DNA from: Dendrobates tinctorius
Taxonomy: Eukaryota
Direction: 5' to 3'
Assembly (NCBI RefSeq): GCF_039654945.1
Contig: NW_027361676.1
Coordinates: 5,208,001-5,272,000 of the forward strand
Length of the DNA stretch: 64,000 bases
Under the pieces are notes generated by a model. The model searched no databases. It was not told the DNA's origin and was given only the letters and a program-made list of their open reading frames with translations. Positions 11,748-24,399 of the stretch are shown one piece after another (the first letter of the stretch is position 1; every line of letters begins with the position of its first letter). The translations under genes and the position numbers were made by a program.

Positions 11748-12699
11748 ATCAGGAGGCAGACTCAGACGTTCTCAGGCCCAGTATGGATTCGACAAGATTG
11801 TAGAAAGTTGAGAAAGGGTACAGTATCACCCGATAACATGTATATATGTAGCACAGTTTACACATGAAAAACCTATGTCTATGTATTAGGAGGCAGACTC
11901 AGAGGGTCTCAGGCCCAGTATGGATTTGACGTGATTGTACAAAGTTGAGAAAGGATTCATTATCACCGGATAACAGGTATATATAGCATAGTTTAAACAT
12001 TAAAAACCTATGTCTATATATCTGGAGGCAGACTCAGAGGGTCTCAGGCCCAGTATGGATTTGACGTGATTGTACAAAGTTGAGAAAGGGTACCGTATCA
12101 CCGGATAACAGGTATATATAACATAGTTTAAACATTAAAAACCTATGTCTATATATCAGAAGGCAGACTCAGAGGGTCTCAGGCCCAGTATGGATTTGAC
12201 GTGATTGTACAAAGTTGAGAAAGGGTACAGTATCACTGGATAACAGGTATATATATAGCATAGTTTACACATTAAAAATCTATGTCTATATATCAGGAGG
12301 CAGACTCAGACGGTCTCAGGCCCAGTATGGATTCGACATGATTGTAGAAAGTTGAGAAAGGGTACAGTATCACTGGATAGCAGGTATATATAGCATAGTT
12401 TAAACATTAAAAATCTGCGTGCATATTTCCGGAGTCCGACAAAGACACTCACAGCCTCAGTATGGATTATACAAGAATCTAAAATGTAGAAAAAGGGTTA
12501 TGTATTCGAAGCATACACCAGTATACACTGTTGGGGTATTTTTCAATCTTCATATATATTTCCGTCTCAGTAAGACAGTCCAGACTCTCCACAAGAGAAA
12601 ACGAGATGGATACAAGTACAGACGGAAAGTCAACTGATTGCAGAAATTTTAGAATTACTAATCACGGTACAAAATCCCGGGAGAATTCTCAGAGGCGAT

Positions 12700-13150
12700 G
12701 CTGACCCTCAATTACTTTGTCTGCGGAGACAGCGAAAACATTTCTTGTGAAGAAAGGTTTGCTGTATCGCAGTACCGTGGAACCCATCACCGTTACTCAT
12801 CTCCATCAAATTGTGATCACAGGGACAGATGTAGACATTGTCCTCACTGCCTATCATGATCTGTCAGGTAACTTTGGAGTGCAAAAGACACAAGCCACAG
12901 GCCGTAGGCGATTCTATTGGATTGGCATGAGAGGACACATTTAAAAATGTGGGCAGGAATGTCACACGTCTGTGAGTCGGACAACGGTGAAGGCTGATGA
13001 TAAACCACCAATGCATCTCATTGTGAGTCGACGTCCATAACAAATGGAAGCCATTGATCATCTGAAGATAGAGCCCAGCAGGACAGGGCACAGCTACGTC
13101 TTAACCATCATCTATCATTTCACCAAATTTGTATTGGCAGTCCAGTGAAG
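12700..13150 (+). pseudogene. Ty3/Gypsy integrase fragment (HHCC finger and start of rve core)
   Basis: KGLLYR...AYHDLSGNFGVQKT...RRFYWIGMRGHI*KC..EC, then AIDHLKIEPSRTGHSYVLTIIYHFTKF. Contains stops. Confidence 0.8.
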
Positions 13151-13572
13151 TATTTAACAGGCCAGGCTACACAGTGGTGGAGCAGGGAGAGGTAAGTATT
13201 GCAAGTGCTGGTGCCCTGAGCAAGCAGGGGGGGCCCACTCATGGGCGGCGGTACTGGCACAGGGCCCCTCATAGTACGCCTGTGTGTCTGAAGGCGGGTG
13301 TGCACCCCCACCGTCAGAGACACTTGATTCTACTATGAGGGACCTTGTGCCAGAGCTGTTGCCAAAGAGTGTGCCCACCCACCTGTCCAGGGCAACGGCA
13401 CTCGCACGGGTGTGTGCGCCAGGTGTGACCCCGGCCCTGTGGGGGGAGGAAGCCCAGTTAGGGAGGTGGAAAAAATGGCATATGTTGATGTTGGACATTC
13501 AGCAGCTGCAAATGGAGTAATTGGAGAAGTCCACGGAAGAGGACGACAAAAGCAAGCCATTTTTCTGGCAAC

Positions 13573-16500
13573 CTACATGTCGGCAGGGGAGGGTGGGACA
13601 AAATCCTTTGAAACCCATGCATGGTTCATTTTAATGAAGGTTAGATCATCAACATTTTGTGTCAACACACGGGTCCTTTTTTCTGTCAGGATTGATCCAG
13701 CAGCACTGAAGACTCGTTCAGATAACACACTAGCAGCAGGGCAAGCGAGCTCCTGTAAGGCATATTGTGCCAGTTCAGGCCAGGTGTCAAGTTTACTGGC
13801 CCAATAGTCAAAGGGGAATGACCGGTGAGGGAGAACATCGATATGGGAGAAGTAGTTTGTTACCATACTTGACAACCGCTGTCTCCTGTCACTTTTGATC
13901 GATGCAGTATTACCAGTCGTGTGAGCGGTACTTGAAAAATCAGTCCACAACATGGTCATGAAACCCCTGTGTCCAACGCCACTTCGGCTGTGTGCACCAC
14001 GAACACCTCTTCCATGTCGCCCCCTACGGCTCATTGGAAAATCATCACCACCGCTGTGTGCTGGGAATGCCTCAAACAAATGGTTTACCAGAGTTGCTTG
14101 TTTGTTAGCCAATATTAGCTCTAGGTTCTCCTGTGGCATGATGTTTTGGAATTTGCCTTTATAGCGTGGATCCAGGATGCTTGCCAACCAGTAGTCGTCA
14201 GCGTTCATCATTTTGGCAATGCGGGGGTCCCTTTTTAGGATCTGCAAGGCATAATCAGACATGTGGGCCAATGTTCCAGGTGTCAATGATGCACTGCGAG
14301 TGCTGGGTGGAGGAGCACTTTCTCTCAAATCAACATCCCAGTCACGCACAAACCCTGTACCAGACCTTGCCCATCACCATCCTCCTCTTCCTCTTCTTCC
14401 TCCACCTTGTCCACGAGACTTCCCTGAGCAGACAATGACTGACTGTCATCAAGGCTTCCCTCCTCCTCTTCCTCCTCGGCTGCAGAAGCCTGCTCCTTAA
14501 TGTGCGTCAAAGTTTGCATGAGCAGATGCATAAGTGGGATGCTCATGCTTATGATGGCGTCGTCTGCGCTTACCAGCCGTGTGCATTCCTCAAAACACTG
14601 AAGGACTTTACAGAGGTCTTTCAACTTCGACCACTGCACACCAGACAACTCCATGTCTGCCTGCAAACTGCCTGCCCGTGTATCCTCCTACAAATGAATT
14701 ACAGCCTGCCTCTATTCGCACAGCCTCTGAACCATGTGCAGGGTGGAGTTCCACCTTGTTGCAACGTTGATAATTAGGCGGTGCTTGGGAAGATGGAGCA
14801 ATCGCTGCAGTTTCTGCATACGACTGGAGTGTACGGGCGACTGGCAGATGTGCGAGCACAGTCTTCGTACCTTATGGAGCAGGGGTGTTAACTCCGGATA
14901 ATTATTGAGGAAGCACTGCACCACCAGGTTCAAGGTGTGAGCCAGGCAAGGTAAGTGTCTGAGTTTTGAAAGGGCTATGGCTGCCACAATATTCTGGCAG
15001 TTATCACTAACTACCTTGCCTGCCTCAAGATGTAGACTGCCCAGCCATGACTCAGTTTGTCGCTGCAAGTAGTCAGCCAGTAACTCCGCGGTGTGTCTGT
15101 TGTCACCCAAACACATCATCTTCAACACAGCCTGCTGATGCTTGCCACTAGCTGTTCGATAGTGGGACAACTCGTGTGCAACACTGGCAGCTGCGGATGG
15201 AGTGCTTGTGCGACTGCGCTCTGTGGACGAGCTTTCGCTTCTGGAGGAGGAGGGTCGAACGCCTACAGCCAACTGTTTCCTATACCGTGGGCTAGGCAGC
15301 ACTGTCCCACCGCCGCTGTCCCCTGTGGACCCTGCATCCACCACATTAACCCAGTGCGCAGTGATGGACACGTAACGGCCCTGGCCATGCCTACTGGACC
15401 ATGCATCTGTTGTGAGGTGCACTTTTCCACTCACTGATTGCTTGAGTGCATGGACAATGCGGTCTTTCACATGCACATGGAGGGCTGGGATGGCTTTTCG
15501 CAAAAAGAAGTGCCGACTGGGTAGGTCATAGCGTGGTACTGCGTAGGCCATGAGCTCTTGGAAAGCTTTGCTTTCGACCAACCGGTAGGGCATCATCTCT
15601 AACAAGATTAGTTTGGCAATGTGGGCGTTCAAAGCCAGTGTACGCGGATGAGAGGATGAGTACTTTCTTGTTCTACTCAGAGTCTCTGGTAGGGTGAGCT
15701 GGACTTGAGAGCTGCATGTGGTGGAACTAGCGGTGGACATGGTGGACTGAGAGAGGGTTGGTGATGGTGATGGTGCTGGTGGTGTTGCTGATGGCCTAGA
15801 TTCAGTCTTTCGTAGCAATAACATTGTGATTCCATGACTGCTTTGCCCTTGCGACGACACCTCGACATTTGCTGCTGGTGGTGTGCTAACCGGGGGGCTT
15901 ACAGTGGGGGAAGCGATGTAGCGTTGCTGACTACCTTCATTCGGAGCAGGTGCACATGTGGTACGTGACGTTTGGTAGTCCATCCACGCTTGCAAGTGCA
16001 TGGTAGTTAAATGTCTAAGCATGCAACTGGTATTCAAATTTCTCAGATTTTTCCCTCGGCTAAAGGTCTTTGCGCACTTCTTACAGATAACTTTTGCCTG
16101 ATCATTAGGATTTTGTTCAAAAAAGTGCCACACTGCACTCTTCCTACTATGGAAGACATTTTGAGACCTTGCACGCTGTGCTAATTTGACCGTCTGGCCA
16201 AGCTGTCCTGCAACCCTTTTGGTTTTCGTAACACGTTTTTGGACTGCTACGGTCATGCCAGATAACAGCTGTTGCGATGTCGTTGCCTGCTGTGGATCCT
16301 CCTCCTTCTCTTCTGAGCTATTGGCAGCAGTACCCTCTTCCCCCAATGGATGCCAATCTGGGTTAACAACTGGGTCATCCATCACCTCCTCTTCAATTTC
16401 ATGTGCACCTTCCTCTGTGTCACCGTGTAAGGTGGTATAGTATGCGGGAAGGGGCACCTGAGTTTCATCAGGGTCTGATTCTGCCTCAGTACACTGCAAG

Positions 16501-17048
16501 GACAATGTAGTGCTCTGAGTGAATGTACCAGCAGAAAAATCTAGCAGTGGCTGTGCATCAGTGCACTCCATGTCAGATTCATCTTGGACTGGGGAATTCA
16601 CGATTTGACTTGCTAACCCAGGCATGGTATGTGAAAAGAGCTCCATGGAGTAATCGGTAGTGTGGCCTGCCACATCCTTCACTTTTGGTAGGGGTGAAGG
16701 ACACAAGGAAAGGTGTTGTTCCTGACCAGGAGCCTCCACTGACGACTCAGTGCTTTTATTTTTTGAAACTTCAGAAGAGGAGGCGAGAGAGCTGGAGGCT
16801 GTGTCATCAGCAATGTAAGCCAAAACTTGTTCCTGAAGCTCCGGCTTTAAAAGTGGTTTACCTACTCCCAGAAAAGAGATTCTTCGAGGCCTTGTGGAGC
16901 CAGACGATGACGCAGGCTCAACACCTCCTGCCTTAGGTGCTATTGTGCTTTTGCCACTACCAACAGATGCAACACTACCACCACCACCATCGGGAGCAGC
17001 TGGCAATCCCCGCCCACTTCCATGGCATCTTCCACCATACTTCCTCAT
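13573..17048 (-). pseudogene. hAT transposase (ZBED4-like; BED finger, DDE, hATC dimerisation domain) with one in-frame stop and one frameshift
   Basis: BED: SAVWHFF...CKKC...LRHLTTMH. Core: HLTTDAW, VVSDN, CLAHTLNL, TRWNS. C-terminus: SVLSERVFSAAG. Stop at 14712-14714 with the same frame resuming; frameshift at about 14350-14370. Confidence 0.92.
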
Positions 17049-17095
17049 TTTTGTGAAAATGTACCCAAAATACCACCAGCTATATGGTACTGTAA

Positions 17096-17685
17096 AACAA
17101 GGTAGAAGGTGTATCTACTATTGGTGAGAATTTGAATCTCACTATAGATTTGAGGATGCAGAACTATTGTCTCAGGCTCAGCAGAAATTACACCTCAATG
17201 TATCAGGCTGAAATTGGATGATGTATGACAAGGTGGAGGGTGTTTATAGGATTGGTGAGAATTTGAATGTCACTATAGATTTGAGGACGCTGAACTATTG
17301 TCTCAGGCCCAGTAGAGATTACACCTCAATGTAACAGGCTGAAATTGGATGGTGTATGACAAGGTGGAGGGTGTCTATAGGATCACTGAGAATTTGAATG
17401 TCACTATAGATTTGAGGATGCTGAACTATTGTCTCAGGCCCAGTAGAGATTACACCTCAATGTAACAGGCTGAAATTGGATGGTGTATGACAAGCTGGAG
17501 GGTGTCTATAGAATTGGTGAGGTTTTGAATCTCACTATAGATTTGAGGACGCAGAACAATTGTCTCAGGCCCAGGAGAGATTACACCTCAATGTAACAGG
17601 CTGAAATTGGATGGTGTATGACAAGGTGGAGTGTGTCTATAGGATTAGTGAGAATTTGAATCTCACTAGAGATTTGAGGACGCTG
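17096..17685. repeat. 131-bp tandem repeat, about 4.5 copies, upstream of the transposase ATG
   Basis: Unit register at 17121, 17252, 17383, 17514 and 17645. Confidence 0.93.
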
Positions 17686-17994
17686 ACAATGATGCTTTCA
17701 GTCCAAGTATGAACGCTTGGTAACTGTGCAGAAATGAGGAAGAAAAGTATTTTTGCTTTTAAAAAAGCAGTTTGCACAGCAGTGTGCAAACAGCAATGCA
17801 GCTATCAGGGAGCCTTGTAAGGCAGCCTAATAACCAACAGAGCTGATGCACAAAAATAGAGCCTCCCTGTCATTGCACACAAAGTGTTGTGTTGTAAGTG
17901 GAAATCGCTAACAGCAGAAGCGTTTTTTTGGTTCTTCTTCCCTGCCTAACGCTCTCCCTTATTCTGAATCAGCAGCAGCAACCTCTCCCTAGAG

Positions 17995-18145
17995 AGTAAG
18001 ATGGCGGTCGGCGTTCACGCCCTTTTATAGCCCCTGTGACGCCACACAAAGCCAGCCAATCACTTGCATGCCCTTCTCAAAGATGGTGGTAACCGATGCC
18101 TATGTCATCGCGTTGCCCACAGTGTGCGTCCTCCATCATTGGCTG
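17995..18145 (-). promoter_or_regulatory. Pol II promoter for the hAT transposase
   Basis: Minus-strand TATAAAA (18023-18029), CRE-like TGACGCCA (18037-18044), CCAAT boxes (18056-18060 and about 18138-18142), downstream CGCCATCTT (YY1-like). Confidence 0.6.
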
Positions 18146-21019
18146 AAAAAGGGCGCTGGAAGCATTTTTTGAAACGCGACTTTGGCGCTCTGGTTGCCGA
18201 CCTCGTGGCCGACCTCACGCTATGGTCGGGTTTCGTTTCATGAAACCCGACTTCAGCGAAAGTCACCGACTTTTGAATATGACCGACCCGTTTCGCTCAA
18301 CTCTAATGAAGAGGTCACAAAGAATATAGATTTTGTAAATTTATTGAAAAAATGAAAAATTGCTACTTTGAACCCTTTTAGCATTTCAACAAAATAAATC
18401 TTTAAAAAAATAATGCTGATGTAAAGTAGACATGTGGTAAATGTTATCTATTAAGTATTTTTGTTTGGTATGATCCTCTTTTGTAATGACATAAAAATAC
18501 AAAGTTCAAAAATTGCAAATTTTTCTAATTTTTTCAATATTTTCATAACTAAACATAAATCACATCAACGTAAATTTACCATGAACATAAAGCACAATGT
18601 TTTCCGGAAAAAAAAAATATCTTGGAATCATTGAGATATGTAGAAGTGTTCCAGAGTTATGACCACATAAAAGTGACACAGGTCACATTTGAAAAAGGAA
18701 GGTAAAAACTAGCTTAGGTATTAAGGGTTTTAAGAGGTTTTGTGGACTTTAGAAAAAAATCTGTCGGCAGATGACATAACAAATAAGTTCTTTATAACTG
18801 TATAAATTACCCATGATGATTTCATGCTGACAATACACATCCCCATGCATGTAATCATGGTTTTAGTAAATCTGATCAGATATACAAAAAAATTTAAAAA
18901 ATGGATTTGTTTTAAGTAGTTTTCTACTTTATTTGTGCTGAATAGCTGCGGATGAGCCCAAGTGGCCAGTAGGGCTAAACCTTGTGTAAATTGGCTGCAA
19001 ATCAATAGCACATCAATGACACAAATACCTCAGATTTCTGCTGTGGATATTCTAAAATATGTGACTGTTTTGAAATATTGAAATTTGACATGTGAACACA
19101 TCCTTACAAACCTTATCACAGAATAAAACAAAAAACACTAATTGTTTAAACATATAATATGACATATTTATTAGTGATATGTGATATGACGTAAGCATCC
19201 TAAGACATTTCTTTTATCGCTTGTAACATGCAGAGGACAGATGACGGATTTTCAAAAGTGGGATGTAATGGTTGCCTCTTGGAAGCCGCTGTGTTTAATA
19301 TTGCTGCTTGTCTCAGTCACTTACTTGGGACTAAATATTAAGTAAAGCTGATATTAAAAGTATGACGTGTAGTACAAACCAGAGTGAGTATTTAAAGGGA
19401 CAGATCACTTGCCAGAGACTCTCGGACACCTTTAAACAGCTGATCATTTGTGGACCCAGGGATAGTGCATACATAACTATTTGTTTTTTTTTATGTCAGA
19501 CTGTGCCTAGGGATGAAGGCTTTCTGAAAGGAGACAGCCTCTTAAGTCCTAAAGTTGGGTTGATTTAATACATGCTTATGTAATATAATAAGTATATTTA
19601 ATACATGCATATGTATAATAAGATACACAAACTTTTGTAAGTATCTATACAACAATTGCACCATACATTGTGTTTTTTATGCCGATTTTGCAAGTGTTCC
19701 CACCTACAAAGAATGAAAAGGTATTTAATTTTTATTGTAGGTACACTTCACCAGAAAATTACATTGTATCATTTTTAAATAATTAAATTGCATTTTATTG
19801 CATGAAATAAGTATTTGATCACCTACCAACCAGCAAGAATTCTTGCTCTCACAGTCCTGTTAGTTTTTCTTTAAGAAGCCCTCCTACTCTGCACTCATTA
19901 TTCCCACAGGGTGTTGGTCAGCGGACTGCACGACACACACACAACGGGATGGAGAACAAAGCACTACCAATAGGGAATGAGGGATGGGACACCTCCTGAG
20001 CTCCAATCTGAGCCTATCCCTGCATTCCTATAATGCCCTAAGCCACCATCACGAACCTCATCCCTCGCTGTCACCTTGCACTACCCTGGCTAGTACACTG
20101 GCCGACAAGGGTGCTAGCATCACCACTGAAGATGGTACAACAGAGGGGGCAGTGACAAGCACGAGACAGACAAGGTAAAAATACAACACTTAGCTTCCAG
20201 ACTCTGCTGCCAAACTCCACACTGAAGAGAACACGGAAAAAGATCTCCGAACTCCAGAAGTAGCTGATACAGCGCTGAAACCAGAGAGCTGCAACTGCAA
20301 AGCTGATCTCCATAGAATAACTCTATCACCAACAGTCAGCTGATGCATCAGGTGACTATTTAAAGGATGGTGGAAGTGGTTACCACCTACATCAGCTGAC
20401 CTAGCAATTCAACAGCTGCAGCACGCTGCCAGCAAGGAAAACTGACATTAACTCCTGCTGACCTGAAAGGAAAAAAGCTACATTTAAATTTTAGTGGAAC
20501 CAGAGCTGCCACAAATCCAAAAATGGATTGTGACAGTAACCCCCTTCAAAGAGGGTCCTCTGGACCCTTAACACCGGACCTCACCGGAAACAACGTACAG
20601 TCAGGACGCCTCGACACACTAAGATTCAATTCCGCTGTCACCTCATCCTCAGGTTTATGGCAAATGCAACCCAATGGACCTGGCAATCACATAAGCTCTG
20701 GAGGTGCAACCAATCTTCAGAGTGCCGACCTGTGGAATACGTTGTGTGCGTACATTACTGGGGGTAACTCCAGCTGCAAAGTCCCTGGGCTGAGAATGAC
20801 TGACACCCGATACGGCCTGTTCACCCTAGAACTCTAGGTCCCAGTTGCGTACTTCCACCTGATGTTTTTGGTGGACACCCACACGTACTCATTCACACAC
20901 AGGTTCAGACCTGAACGTTTATTTCCACGCATGCGTTTGCCAAAGGATGGTGAACTCTTTGGTGTCCCCTTGTGTCACCAAACTCATACCCTCACTAGAT
21001 ACAGAGGGAACCAACATCC

Positions 21020-21919
21020 TGTTATGGGCTGGCGGAACGCACCAAATTGCGTTTGCAGCCCGGGGTCCACCGTGCAGAGACGTAACCTGCTGCTAGGTAA
21101 TGGCAGATAGTAGCACGCTCGGGTTACCTCACCCGGAGTTTGCGAGGAGAACCCTGTTACTTCACAAGGTCGCACTAATATGATATGAGCGCAAGCAATG
21201 AGGTCACAGAACTCTGCCCAGAGGCACAGAGTCAGAGTCCTTCTAGACTCACTTGCGCACAGAGCCGCTGCAGCAGCGCTAGAAAGTGACGCTAGGAAAG
21301 TGCTGTGCCCTGTTAGCTGTCACAGGGTGCAGCGGATAGACTCCCAGAGGTACGGGAGATATGGCGGCACTATGGCGCTAACCTTTGTGCTAGACTGGAG
21401 CACTGTGGCACATGCTTTGCCACCATGAGGCTCTGACTGAAGCTAAACTCACCCTAACACATATGTAGCAAAGGAAAGGGTTATTTAATGAGTCAGTCAC
21501 CAGTTTCTTGCATCCATAATCACTCACATAAGTCTCAACAAAAGTCTATCTTAGTGCATGGCCGAGTGGCCATGCGAACCCTTTATAGCAGCATCCTTTT
21601 GGGACCTTCCTGACCTTCCAGATGGTCCAATCCGAGCTGGAGAAGGACCTGAGCATGTGACCTCCGATCTCCAATGAGAGATCGTCCCACGGGCATGCTC
21701 AGTGGACGGAAAGGAGTAGCTTGCTGCTGACCAGCATGCGTTGCTATAGCTGGACCAGAGGTGGCAGCAGCAACCAAACCAACAGTGCTGGTCTGGGCAA
21801 AGCGCCGGGATCGACGAGTCTGCTGAGCAGCCTCCTCTGTGGCCGGAGAGGAATGGGTGACTGCCGAATGCAAGCCTCGGGATTCCTGCTGTGCAGCGAC
21901 AGGAACCCGACTCCTAACA
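21020..21919 (-). mobile_element. Solo LTR (family A), nested in the Gypsy
   Basis: TGTTA...TAACA termini, inverted homolog of 2846-4583, minus-strand CTATAAAG near 21585. Confidence 0.8.
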
Positions 21920-22424
21920 AACCCTCCCCCAATCCCTCGTCCTGAGAGGATACCGAGACTAAGGGTTTACTTGTGGTGAGGATTGAATCCTGCCCCTACT
22001 CTCTGGTAGTACCTTAGCTGTCTCCACTGGAGAAGAAGGGGTAGGTTTGAGAAGGACGATTGAGATTGTAGTTCCCAGGCAGCAGTCCTTACAAGACTGG
22101 TCCCAACTGACTACTTCCCTGGACTGCCAACTTATGACCGGGTTGTGTCTCTTCAGCCAGGGAAGGCCTAGGACGATGGGAGTTGGCATAACCTCCAAGA
22201 CGTAGCACGGCAGGGACTCCTCATGAAGAGTCCCTATACGCAAGTTAATATTGTCTACGACTTGAGTCACACTCCCCTGGCTGAGAGGGACAGAGTCAAA
22301 TGCCCGAATGGTAATGGGTCTCGCCAGCAATCTACCGATCAGACCATGGGCTTGAACAGAGCGATAATCCACCAGATTGACTCCAGCTCCACTATCCACA
22401 AGCACCAGTATAGTCTCAGTTACC

Positions 22425-22775
22425 AAACAAGGAGATTTTTTCCAGCACGTGTTGGAGGAACAGTAGTAGATGTTTTTGCAAAAAACTTCTTAATATTTAA
22501 TGAATGAAAACGTTACATATAGAGACAAAAATGTCACCCCTCACCCCCCCTAAAACTATACGCTTCGGTGGATGCCTTTATCAACGGCTTGAATAGGCAT
22601 TCTTAAATATTAAGAAGTTTTTTGAAAATAAACGTCTACTAGTGGTCCTCCAATGCTTGCTGGAAGAACTCACTTTGTTTGGATACAGCTGTGCTTAGTT
22701 TGGACAGAACTACTTCTGTGCAGAAGCATCTTAAACGGCCGTCACAGTGGTGAGCTGAAATTTAATAATTTTTCC
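22425..22775. mobile_element. Penelope-like short insertion with inverted arms
   Basis: 14-bp TSD TAGTCTCAGTTACC (22411-22424 / 22776-22789). Splits the protease frame EVVVGEVTET|ILVLVDSGA. Inverted arms at about 22423-22506 and 22598-22682. Confidence 0.65.
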
Positions 22776-23515
22776 TAGTCTCAGTTACCTCACCAACCAC
22801 CACTTCAGCTGGAATGGTATACTGAGACAAAAAGATGGAGGAAATGTACACACCATGGTCGTCTCCCTCCATACAACCAGGGGAACGCGGTTTTGTGATG
22901 GAGAATGTATTTTGGTGCGAGCTGGGCAGATATTGATGAAATGATCCGTAATACCACAGTAGAAACATGCCCCCGTCCCACGGCCAACTGCAGACAACCT
23001 AGTTTGAGAAGAGATTCCTTCCACCTGCATAGGTTTTTCTGTCTGCACCAGTGTGTACTCCTCCCTAGAAAGAACAACAGGGGGTAGAATCGATGTATGT
23101 CTCTCCCTGAGGCATCTATCCACCCGTATAGCAAGGGCCATGGCTGCCGCCAACGACCTAGGAGTAGCATACTGCAACAGACTTGTTCACATTTGTGCAT
23201 TTCACATGTGTTTTTAATCAGAGTATCCTAAAGCCTAGCTGACAGACCCTGACAAAGATGGTTCCTAAGATTAGGGTCATTCCACTGCGTGTCAGTGACC
23301 GATCTCTGAAACTCTGAGCAGTACTCCTCAACCGGCCAATCCCCCTGCTTGATCCTACGGAGTCGAGATTCAGCCTGGGAGATGCCATCAGGATCCCAAT
23401 ACACCTTCACAAATTATGCAAAAAACTCATCCACCGACTGCAAAGATGGTGAATCGGTCAGTAGAGAGAAGGCCCAGGATTGGGGATACCCCTTGAGAAG
23501 GGAGACAATAATCCC

Positions 23516-24399
23516 TGTTGTGAGCTCATTTTTGGGTTTGCCTCTGGCTTCTGGTGAGGGTTGTGGAGCTGGCTGTGCTGACAGAGGAGTAGTGAGTTCT
23601 CTATCTGGACTCCCTCTGTTGGTGAAGGGAGGTAGTGAAGCTGATCTAAATGGCAGTGATCGGCCACCTGAGGAAGAGGATTGCGATTGGACATCAGGAG
23701 TTTCTGATTGGATTTAAGGCAGCCGACTCCCTAGCTTCTTGCTGGTGATTTTTCCTGACTGTGGCTTCTGGTTTCCAGTTTGGTTCCTGCCTTCCTAAAG
23801 TTAAGTTTTCTCTGCTATTGTTCATATAAGTTCTGTCTGGTTTACTTAGTTTTTGTGTTCAGCCAGCCATGGCTGGGACTGGGCTGAATCCCCATCTTGT
23901 CTCTGATCAGTTGATCTCTTTTGCTCTGTCTTCAGAATATACCTGAGTGCTGATATAGTGATTTGAAGTCTAGCGACCTCAGGGCCTTTTTCTATCAGAC
24001 GTGTTGGACATTTTTTTTTGGCAGGGTTTTTTGCGTGATTGCAGACAGCAGCTTTTCTTTCCTGTCCTTTCTAGTTAGTGAGGGCCCCATCGTTTGCTCA
24101 GCCTATCTTTCTATCTGTGTCTGTGTTTTCATCTTGTTTCACCGACAATACATGTTGGGGGCTGTCTATTGCTTTGGAGTCTGCTCTGGGGCAGTTTAGA
24201 TTTTCCCTTTCTTTCTTTAGGCTTATTTAGTTCTCCGGCCGTGACGAGGCATCTAGGACCACCGCAGGCACGCTCCACGGCTACTGCTAGTTGTTGTGGA
24301 TAGGATCAGGGGTCTGCAATCCGCTAGTTACCAACCTCTCCGGTTTTCTGGGCTTAGCTTGCTTTTTGTTTTTTCCTCCTCGGTGACTCATTCATAACA
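23516..24399 (+). mobile_element. Solo LTR (family B, 884 bp) inserted in the Gypsy gag
   Basis: Perfect 6-bp TSD AATCCC (23510-23515 / 24400-24405). Removing it restores gag EEQHVGI-IVSLLKG. Confidence 0.9.

Larger units (their letters stand above)
9590..12560. repeat. About 135-bp tandem repeat array inside the hAT (best units 11754-12430), split by a nested hAT
   Basis: AGGCAGACTCAGA recurs at 11754, 11891, 12026, 12161 and 12298. Diverged units lie at 9590-10292. Confidence 0.9.
6659..18305 (-). mobile_element. Large composite hAT DNA transposon (about 11.6 kb)
   Basis: TIRs TAGAGATGAGCGA / TCGCTCAACTCTA, 8-bp TSD GTGAAGAT / ATGAAGAG (6/8), subterminal GTCGGGTTTC/GAAACCCGAC motifs at both ends, contains a hAT transposase. 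Confidence 0.85.
4584..18730. mobile_element. Decayed non-autonomous piggyBac-like (TTAA) element, split by an LTR and the large hAT (pieces 4584-5607, 6291-6658, 18306-18730)
   Basis: Same TTTCCAAAATGGGGTCACTTGTG / TACTCAGGAGAAATT repeat units and 3' end as 51739-54856. Ends near TTAAGGGTTTTAA at about 18721-18733. Confidence 0.7.

Noticed and set aside
13573-17048. Domesticated host ZBED gene
   Set aside because: Flanked by TIRs and a TSD, and disrupted by a stop and a frameshift.
11754-17685. CRISPR-like arrays (135-bp and 131-bp repeats)
   Set aside because: Whole units are repeated with no unique spacers; eukaryotic context with no cas genes.
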